From contig CAZNTG010000015.1 of assembly GCA_964575955.1 (NCBI GenBank), forward strand, positions 1 through 64,000: 64,000 nt of DNA. Direction: 5' to 3'. This document shows positions 56,874 to 64,000 of this stretch, one piece after another. Within the stretch, counting starts at the first letter, position 1; every line of letters starts with the position of its first letter. This DNA is from an uncultured Thermoproteaceae archaeon. GTDB lineage: Archaea; Thermoproteota; Thermoprotei; Thermoproteales; Thermocladiaceae. Made by a program: the position numbers and the translations under genes. Under the pieces are notes generated by a model, which saw nothing but the letters and a program-made list of their open reading frames with translations, was not told the origin of the DNA and made no database searches.

Positions 56874-58307
56874 ATGAAACTGCTTAGAAAAATATACGAA
56901 TCTCGCACCCGGTATAACTTCAGGACTATATTTGGGAATTCTATAACAGTTAGAATAAGTGATGGCATGTATATAGTCGAAGATGAGGAAGAGGAAAAAG
57001 TTCCGGAAAGACTATACGAAAAGTATATCATACAGGAAATTAAACCAAGCCAACTTGTAAGCGATCTTTTAGCAAGAGAGGATTTAACAAGTGCACAAAA
57101 GTACTACATCTTCAAGAAGCTAACTTTTGGTATCTTTACAGCCCCTATATTAGATCCAGAAATAAAAAATATCAATATAAATGATAGATGTTGCATACTA
57201 ACTCACTCTTTAGGTGATATTATATATGCTGTAAAATATACTCCGTCGGACGTTGAAAAAGTCAGAGTTGCTCTAGAAAGAGAACTTGAGAAGACATGTT
57301 CTCTAACAAATCCTATTCTCGAAGGATCTGTAGCTTTCATAGACTTTGTTATGCGTATTAGCGTTACCGCGAGAGGTCTCGGAGTTGCGCCTATGACACA
57401 AATATCGATACGTAAGCATGTGAAATCGTACTATACATTAATAGACCAAATAAAATCAAAGTTTATCAATACAACCTTGGCCGCATTGCTAGCTCTCAAC
57501 TGGGCCATGCCAATAAGCGCATCTATGGTTGTATGTGGCCCAATGGGAAGTAGAAAAACATCACTATTAGGTTGCTTGATACAATTCGTAGAACCAAACT
57601 GTATTGTCGGTATTATTCAAGACGATCCTGAGCTTGATATACGTGAGCTACCTGGAATGTATATAGAGTGGCATTGTGCAAGAAAAACTCTCACACATGA
57701 GGGAGTGAGAGAAATAAAGTTAGTTGATTTGATATATGCAGCCTTGAGAAAAAATTATCGAAAAATAATCATTGCAGAGGTTAGAAATCCTGAAGAGATA
57801 TATGCATACATTCAGCTATTGAAAGTGACGTATGGAGCTGGAACAACAATACACGCTCTTAGCATAGATACACTCCAAAAACGTCTTCTATCTGCAAGAG
57901 CTGGAGCGTTAACTGTCGATAAATATGATCTAGAACCTATAAAGATGGCTATCATCTGTGGATTTGCTCAGAGAAAACCTAAACTACTTCAGGTAGCACA
58001 TGTAGACTTCGTTAAAGAGACGTATACCATGATATCCAAGTTTGCCGAAGCAGACTGGATAATAGATGAGGAAAAGGTAACTAAGTATGTAAAGGAATTG
58101 GCAGATATAAACAATATACCTCAATCTGAAGCTATAGCGCTTCTAAATGATATAAGAAGATTTCTAGATCTAGCATCAGAGTTAGAGGTCGACCTAGATG
58201 CGTATGCATTTAGGAACTACATACTCGACTTGTACAAGTACGGCTTAGACTACGTTAAGAATGAACTGATTAGACTTATGAGCGAGATAACCGTTATAAC
58301 TCTGTAA
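56874..58307 (+). CDS. Type IV pilus assembly ATPase (TadA/FlaI/VirB11-like)
   Basis: PILDPEI, ISIRK, GPMGSRKTS, IQDDPEL, ALRK..IIIAEVR, TTIHA; ATG 56874. Confidence 0.87.
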   Translation: MKLLRKIYESRTRYNFRTIFGNSITVRISDGMYIVEDEEEEKVPERLYEKYIIQEIKPSQLVSDLLAREDLTSAQKYYIFKKLTFGIFTAPILDPEIKNININDRCCILTHSLGDIIYAVKYTPSDVEKVRVALERELEKTCSLTNPILEGSVAFIDFVMRISVTARGLGVAPMTQISIRKHVKSYYTLIDQIKSKFINTTLAALLALNWAMPISASMVVCGPMGSRKTSLLGCLIQFVEPNCIVGIIQDDPELDIRELPGMYIEWHCARKTLTHEGVREIKLVDLIYAALRKNYRKIIIAEVRNPEEIYAYIQLLKVTYGAGTTIHALSIDTLQKRLLSARAGALTVDKYDLEPIKMAIICGFAQRKPKLLQVAHVDFVKETYTMISKFAEADWIIDEEKVTKYVKELADINNIPQSEAIALLNDIRRFLDLASELEVDLDAYAFRNYILDLYKYGLDYVKNELIRLMSEITVITL

Positions 58308-58888
58308 TGTGGACGCTATATATAGAGGTAGCGGCATTAATATTGATCATAGTATTCTCATTAGCAATCTTGTTTATTTACATAGTAAACAATACATACA
58401 GTATGATTACATGCTCGTTCGACAAGATTGACATAGTAAATGTGGGAGAGAGGCTTATAATAACTTCAAGTCCCGAAGATATAGCTGTCCTTATTTACAC
58501 AATATGTGTTTACTCGATAAATGGGAGCTATGTCTTAAACTATACTACTACGACATCGATAACACCTACATATCTACCTTTGCCATCCCGAAACTGTATA
58601 TATGTAGTATTATCATCTTCAAACTATAATTTAACGTCGGTGTATACTGGCACACAATCCGGAACTCTTCGTTATACTACATTATATATATCGATGTGCG
58701 GCATTCAGTATACCTCACCGGGTTCTGATTGTCAACCTTGGATTCTCATCAACATAACATATGATGAAAATGGTTATATAACTAATGTTCAAGTTTTAGA
58801 CAAAAGTGTCATGTTTACGAAATATTGTGAAGGTATTCCTATCCTTTACGAGTGGCTGGGAGGACTTATAAAAGAAGTCGCTAGATAG
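58307..58888 (+). CDS. Putative minor pilin / pilus accessory protein
   Basis: N-terminal TM helix with early Glu; Thr/Ser/Asn-rich beta domain; pilus locus. Confidence 0.55.
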   Translation: MWTLYIEVAALILIIVFSLAILFIYIVNNTYSMITCSFDKIDIVNVGERLIITSSPEDIAVLIYTICVYSINGSYVLNYTTTTSITPTYLPLPSRNCIYVVLSSSNYNLTSVYTGTQSGTLRYTTLYISMCGIQYTSPGSDCQPWILINITYDENGYITNVQVLDKSVMFTKYCEGIPILYEWLGGLIKEVAR

Positions 58889-58900
58889 TCTACAACAGTA

Positions 58901-59281
58901 ATGTATACTATAATTGATTTACTCTTTGCAGGTCTCATATTTATCATTGGCGTAGCAGTGATAATTCTACTTACTATAAGCGGAACTACTATAAACGTGT
59001 CATTAGGACAAGGGGTATTAACATGTCTATATAAGTATGTTGAAAATGGCCTACTAGAAAAACTTCTTGTAGAACATAACTATCTCAGTATTGAGTCCGT
59101 GGTTAGAGGTTGCGGAGCAGAAAATGCTATTATAGAGTGCTATGACGGAAATTGGCAGCTTATAGAGATATATCCCTCAAACACCATTTTAGGAAAATGT
59201 GTTCAATATTTATCTTTAGGTCTCGTTTTTAATACGACAGAGATGCAGCGTATTTATGTACTCATCATTTGTATAAAGTAA
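58901..59281 (+). CDS. Putative minor pilin
   Basis: MYTIIDLLFAGLIFII TM start; pilus locus. Confidence 0.55.
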   Translation: MYTIIDLLFAGLIFIIGVAVIILLTISGTTINVSLGQGVLTCLYKYVENGLLEKLLVEHNYLSIESVVRGCGAENAIIECYDGNWQLIEIYPSNTILGKCVQYLSLGLVFNTTEMQRIYVLIICIK

Positions 59282-59663
59282 TAATCACGTAAAGCTGAGG
59301 TTTTCCAGTACCACTTGTAAAGTTATAGTAGGAGTAGCAATGTATCACGTGAAAACCTTGAGCAATATATAAGTTTCGTGTCTCGGTATACCTTACGTAA
59401 GTAACTATATGTACATAATCGGGAAAGGCCACCACTGTCGGACCAACTCTCAGCTTATTAAAACTAGGTGTTACAGCTATATTACCACTACTATATACAG
59501 CCATGTTAATAGAGGATCCTGGATACTTTATGACAAAATCTACGCATTTTACAATGTCAGTCTCAATGTTATAACTGAGTAAAATTTGCTGAACTCCAAT
59601 AAATATTACACAACACATAATGCAGACAAACAACGTTATCAGTGCTAACTCGAGGGCATCCAT
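59265..59663 (-). CDS. Putative minor pilin
   Basis: MDALELALITLFVCIMCC start (ATG 59663); the upstream part of the listed ORF is antisense to the major pilin. Confidence 0.55.
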   Translation of the reverse strand: MDALELALITLFVCIMCCVIFIGVQQILLSYNIETDIVKCVDFVIKYPGSSINMAVYSSGNIAVTPSFNKLRVGPTVVAFPDYVHIVTYVRYTETRNLYIAQGFHVIHCYSYYNFTSGTGKPQLYVIITLYK

Positions 59664-59706
59664 CAAGTAACCATTAAAAAATTTTGAGAAATTAACGTTT
59701 AACAGT

Positions 59707-60288
59707 ATGAAAGAGGTCCGTAAAAGAAACACATTCGGTGGTATAAGTACGGTCATAGTAATGGCACTCGTAATTGCAGCAAGTATAGCAATAGCAGTAT
59801 ACTTCATAGCGTACTTCATAGGATTAAGTAGCAGTGTAGCAGGAACAGCTCAAGCAATAGCAACAGTAGGCAGTTTCTCTACAAGTGGTGTCTCAATAAC
59901 GGTTAAAAATACCGGCACTGTAGGCATAGAAGGACTTGCCATTGAAATTTCAGGAAACGAAACACAATACATAGGAGTCTATTTTAAGAACGGTACGAAC
60001 TATCTATCAATAGGTTCAGGAAACACTATTACTATCTTCTGTCAACCAACAACAACGGGTCTCAATTGTACGGCCTCAACATCTCAGCCCGGTATCACAG
60101 GATCTATTATAAAAGTCTTCGTAGCGAATGGAACTCCACCCTCAACATTTAGTGATCTAATTTCCTCAACTAGTACAAATACTATACTCGAGATTAATGC
60201 AGGCCAGACATATAAGGTGTCAGTGTTAGTTTACTACGCGAATGGAAAGACTCAGTTATTAGCTTTAGGCACATACACGGCCTCTTAG
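59707..60288 (+). CDS. Archaeal type IV (probably major) pilin
   Basis: Class III signal peptide MKEVRKRNTFGG|ISTVIVMALVIAASIA; ITVKNTG; YKVSV..ANG. Confidence 0.85.
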   Translation: MKEVRKRNTFGGISTVIVMALVIAASIAIAVYFIAYFIGLSSSVAGTAQAIATVGSFSTSGVSITVKNTGTVGIEGLAIEISGNETQYIGVYFKNGTNYLSIGSGNTITIFCQPTTTGLNCTASTSQPGITGSIIKVFVANGTPPSTFSDLISSTSTNTILEINAGQTYKVSVLVYYANGKTQLLALGTYTAS

Positions 60289-60370
60289 ACTTAGGTCTTT
60301 TCCAATCTCAAAATACCTCACTCTCTAGATTTCTTTCTTACACCTTCTGTCTTCTAATCTGTTCTCTTTA
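60289..60370 (+). terminator. Pyrimidine-rich tract after the pilin gene (probable terminator)
   Basis: TCTTTTCC...TTTCTTTCTT...CTTCTGTCTTCT. Confidence 0.35.
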
Positions 60371-60413
60371 GATACTACATTGCTTTACATAAAGTAATTT
60401 TTTTAGTTATTAG

Positions 60414-60977
60414 TTGATTGTTATTAAAGATAGTCGTATGGGTTTTAGTTATGTTATAGTAATGGCGCTCGTGATTGTAGCATGTATATGCATCACGATC
60501 TATGTCCTTTCAATTATTCTACCCCCCTATATGAATCTTATCTCGTCTTACTCGGACTTTGTAGTTACATCGTACTACTTATCTTCCAAGTTTATTGAGG
60601 TTTCTATCAAGAATGTGGGTAGTATGCCCATAGTATCCATAAATATAACAGTGGTAAATACAACAGGAGCAGATATTCTAAATATTAATTTTGGTCAAGA
60701 TAATTTTGAAATACCTAGACAAGTCTCAGTATCATGTAGTTGTATTTTTAGCAGCTCCTGGTATTGTGAATGCATACCATCTACAGCAGTTAACACTAGT
60801 TCCTCTTTATATGCCTGTACTCCATCATCATCATCGATTTCTGAACATCTCTGTACTATTGAAATAGCTAACGATAAACCACTTACACCTGGGTACGTTT
60901 ATAGGATATATATTTACGTTAAATTTAAAAATGGACTTATTAAAGCGAGAAGCTTAAGTATGGTTGCGTCATCTTAG
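60414..60977 (+). CDS. Type IV pilin, second class III-signal protein
   Basis: KDSRMG|FSYVIVMALVIVA; VSIKNVG; PGYVYRI; paralog of 59707..60288. Confidence 0.8.
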   Translation: MIVIKDSRMGFSYVIVMALVIVACICITIYVLSIILPPYMNLISSYSDFVVTSYYLSSKFIEVSIKNVGSMPIVSINITVVNTTGADILNINFGQDNFEIPRQVSVSCSCIFSSSWYCECIPSTAVNTSSSLYACTPSSSSISEHLCTIEIANDKPLTPGYVYRIYIYVKFKNGLIKARSLSMVASS

Positions 60978-60983
60978 ACCATA

Positions 60984-62435
60984 ATGGGCTTTATTGAGAA
61001 TGTGTGCGCTATAGTTGGCTGCTCTAGAGATAGTGTCAGTAAGGAGATCCTCATTATAGTAACCTCAATAGTACTGACTGTAGTCATATCGATATTACTA
61101 ATCTTTATATCAGTTAGGATTCCTAGACTTAAACCAATTCTAGCAATCGTACCTCTTCTCTTTACTATTCCGACTTTGTCTATCTCCAGATGTAAGTGTA
61201 TATTAGAGTACCTAAAGTTCACAAGCAGTCTAGGTAGAGAAGAACTCTATGCATGTGTAGCTATACTGGTACTTTCACTACTTGGCTCATGGAATTATGT
61301 CTCAAGGGTGCTACAACACGGATTTCCAGCAACAGCACGTGTACTAAGAAGTAAATCAAACATAGGTTCAAAATTGTTCAAAGAAGTCAAAGACATAGTC
61401 GAAAACATAGTATTCAAGGATGGTACTCTACCACATGTAGCACGTGAGAGAATAATGCATACACTTAGAATGAGTATAGAAGATTATGGAACTCTTACTC
61501 AAATTCTCATAACTGGCTTAGCAATGCTCTATATGTTTTTCATAGTAATTTCATTTTTAAGTTTCATGTCCCCTATGTTTAACCCCTCCATGTTCGTATT
61601 TATTGTAACTTTTCTAACATTTATATTCTCCGCATTAATAATGTCGAAATCCCCTATTCACGATTATGCCATTACCGAATTGAAGGAAAAAATTAAGTTA
61701 ATACTACCGACGAGCATAATTGTGTTCATAATATCTCTTATAGTAATACATGATTTTTCGATATCAGCTCACATACTACTCATATCGTTTTTTATATTAG
61801 GCTTAGCATTGCTAAAATGTTCCAGGAAAATAGATAAGATAGATAATGCTGTCGTATGGGATAGAGTTCTAAATCTTAGACTTATCAAAGGTGTACCTGT
61901 TGATCAGGCACTTCAAACTATTCTTGGTAGAGATGTTTACGAGATATATACAAGAACTTATCCGTTTAATGCAATAAAAAACCTCTTAACACATCTCGAA
62001 GATATTGGCGGACTTGGCATAGTTAGGATGTTTAGAGAGATGATCGTGGAGATATTTAATGCTATGAACAAGGTTATGAAAAACGTTAAAGTTAATGTGT
62101 TGATGCTCGTAGGATTTGCATTAGCTATGATAGGTATGCAGATATGGTTTGTAACGCTTCTATTACCTGCATTAAAGATGATGAAAATGTTCGGTTTTAG
62201 TTTAACCTCAGTTCCAGCATATACAAATTTGCCGATTCAGATGTCCCCCGAAGCGATAGTACAATCATTAAATACAACAATAACATACGTACCCCCAATA
62301 GTAACACTTGCAGTATTTATGATAATGCGAGGTTGTAGTAGTAGCACCAGAGCTATGAAAATAGCACTAGTTACAGCAATAGTATTACTATGTACTCAAG
62401 TAATAGTGAAATACTTTATAGTGCCGCACCTATAA
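60984..62435 (+). CDS. TadC/FlaJ-like multi-pass pilus platform protein
   Basis: About 9 TM helices in two repeats with cytoplasmic domains (KGVPVDQAL...EDIGG); pilus locus. Confidence 0.65.
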   Translation: MGFIENVCAIVGCSRDSVSKEILIIVTSIVLTVVISILLIFISVRIPRLKPILAIVPLLFTIPTLSISRCKCILEYLKFTSSLGREELYACVAILVLSLLGSWNYVSRVLQHGFPATARVLRSKSNIGSKLFKEVKDIVENIVFKDGTLPHVARERIMHTLRMSIEDYGTLTQILITGLAMLYMFFIVISFLSFMSPMFNPSMFVFIVTFLTFIFSALIMSKSPIHDYAITELKEKIKLILPTSIIVFIISLIVIHDFSISAHILLISFFILGLALLKCSRKIDKIDNAVVWDRVLNLRLIKGVPVDQALQTILGRDVYEIYTRTYPFNAIKNLLTHLEDIGGLGIVRMFREMIVEIFNAMNKVMKNVKVNVLMLVGFALAMIGMQIWFVTLLLPALKMMKMFGFSLTSVPAYTNLPIQMSPEAIVQSLNTTITYVPPIVTLAVFMIMRGCSSSTRAMKIALVTAIVLLCTQVIVKYFIVPHL

Positions 62436-62448
62436 AATATTCCAAGAA

Positions 62449-62778
62449 ATGCCTACTCCGGCTATAGTATACGCCATAGTGACTATCGGATTAATATCGA
62501 TATGTCTATTTCTGATATACACTATGTTAGTACATAAGCTTGTTTTAAATAATAGCATTGTCGTTCTAGACTACTATGTCAGAATTGATAGATATGCAGT
62601 ACTTAAGGTATCATCTAACACTAGCGTGTATGTTAAGGAAAAACCGAATTCGTGCACGATTATAAAACCCAGCAGTGATACTGTCTATGTAATCTGTGAC
62701 TGCAGATACATGAATAATACGACGTTAGTTATATGTGGAGGAAAATTCTGTAAAGCATTCTTTGTATGGTGTAAATAA
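62449..62778 (+). CDS. Putative minor pilin
   Basis: N-terminal TM helix and small Cys-containing beta domain. Confidence 0.5.
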   Translation: MPTPAIVYAIVTIGLISICLFLIYTMLVHKLVLNNSIVVLDYYVRIDRYAVLKVSSNTSVYVKEKPNSCTIIKPSSDTVYVICDCRYMNNTTLVICGGKFCKAFFVWCK

Positions 62779-63434
62779 TGAGACTTACGTTAGCAACTTT
62801 CATAATAATGTTGACAATAATTCTAGCAATAATCTTTATTAAGTACAGACCGAACCCTATCTACTACATATCGCTTGAGAAATACTATGCTGCAGATGCA
62901 CATTGTACAGCATGGGCATATTTAACAAATCAAAGCTTTGCAGAATGTCTAGATACTTTCCTATTAAGAGCTAATTCAAACATTATATATAGTATTATAT
63001 TGACCAAATATCGATACGATACTGTGCTAGAGAAGTTAAATCTTCAATTGTTGAGGGAAAAGTGTGTGGATATGTATAGCATACTCACTTCGTTAATTAC
63101 TTTAAGTAACGAAGGCTATATCGTAGTGAATGCCTTGAGCTACAAATATTATAATGGTACGCTATGTCTAAATAGGCCTAAGATATGTTTAAGCTACTGT
63201 GCATATATGCTTGTCATCAAGGTAAAGCCTGGTATATACTACGTATTCACCGATAGAGCATTACTTAGTATAAACGTAACAGTCACTAGTACGAGTAATG
63301 TCGTATGTACATACAGTAGGACATTACTCATGAGTTTAAACATGTCAGCAATAGTTATTAAATGCAGTTCTGAAACTACAAATTACAAAATTGAAATTAT
63401 TGATGAAAGAGGTATTAACGTTACTATAAGCTAG
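62778..63434 (+). CDS. Putative pilus accessory / membrane-anchored protein
   Basis: N-terminal TM helix; coupled to the previous gene (TAATG). Confidence 0.5.
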   Translation: MRLTLATFIIMLTIILAIIFIKYRPNPIYYISLEKYYAADAHCTAWAYLTNQSFAECLDTFLLRANSNIIYSIILTKYRYDTVLEKLNLQLLREKCVDMYSILTSLITLSNEGYIVVNALSYKYYNGTLCLNRPKICLSYCAYMLVIKVKPGIYYVFTDRALLSINVTVTSTSNVVCTYSRTLLMSLNMSAIVIKCSSETTNYKIEIIDERGINVTIS

Positions 63435-64000
63435 TGGTCTCTTTTAAACCCTCCATTTCTAATATCTTCTCAACAAGTCTTTTTAGATACCCACGCTTTA
63501 CTATATACTGTGCCACTGTTAGAGGACTTTTCTCATCTTTAACTACATCTAATTCTGGCACTATTGTAATATCCAGATCTTTAAGCTCTGAAGGGTCTAT
63601 ATTGAATAGCTTTTTAACAGTCTTGCTATCATACTTGACATTACTAGGCCACATATTTAACACGTATAGGACTCCTATAACCTTCTCTTCTACTTTTATG
63701 GACTTCCCTATTTTACTTATCTCCTTAAGTATCCTCATGTATGGTCTAAGTACCACAACAAGACAATCACAGATTTTTAGACACTTTTTAATACTAGTTT
63801 CTTCAATATATGTTGGAAAATCTATTATAGCGAACTTGACCTCCCTCTTTAATCTCCTATTTATTATTTCCACTATAGCCCTTATACTGTCTATCAATCT
63901 ATCATTCATGTGGTCAATGTATGGCAACTGTATTGCCGTGCTTAATGATTGCTCTTCTAAAACATTTAATCTCTTTCTCTCTATACCAACTACTATGAGG
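63424..64000 (-). CDS. MinD/ParA-family ATPase, C-terminal part (5' end beyond the window)
   Basis: FAIIDFP, CDCLVVVLRP, VLNM; frame open to the window edge. Confidence 0.7.
   Translation of the reverse strand, partial: LIVVGIERKRLNVLEEQSLSTAIQLPYIDHMNDRLIDSIRAIVEIINRRLKREVKFAIIDFPTYIEETSIKKCLKICDCLVVVLRPYMRILKEISKIGKSIKVEEKVIGVLYVLNMWPSNVKYDSKTVKKLFNIDPSELKDLDITIVPELDVVKDEKSPLTVAQYIVKRGYLKRLVEKILEMEGLKETTSL

Noticed and set aside
59664-59819. N-terminal extension of the minus ORF 59265..59819
   Set aside because: It is antisense to the pilin signal peptide; ATG 59663 gives a sensible start

Overview
AT-rich, gene-dense archaeal chromosome segment. Two markers place it in or near the Thermoproteales: a ThermoDBP ssDNA-binding protein and a minimal (~216 nt, type T-like) RNase P RNA. 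Housekeeping content: thrS, pheS, rps10, nmd3, prefoldin beta/pcc1, glyA, serA-like, ppcA, nnr, initiator tRNA-Met, at least six box C/D guide sRNAs and one K-turn H/ACA-like RNA. Unexpected content: (1) methanopterin C1-pathway genes (mtd; a FwdD-FwdB fusion with an inserted 2x[4Fe-4S] ferredoxin) divergent from a CooS with substituted catalytic residues, plus DsrMK and a complex I-like operon with a NuoB-NuoD fusion and no nuoC/H/I; (2) three paralogous Roadblock/LC7 + Cys-containing V4R-like two-gene modules with no partner GTPase or kinase in view, the best candidate for an undescribed signalling system; (3) a coupled Panacea(DUF4065)-helical protein-split PIN operon; (4) an HTH/tetrapyrrole-methylase-like fusion; (5) a CpG-richer type IV pilus locus bracketed by two MinD/ParA ATPases. 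All family calls come from motif recognition by eye; no database searches were run.
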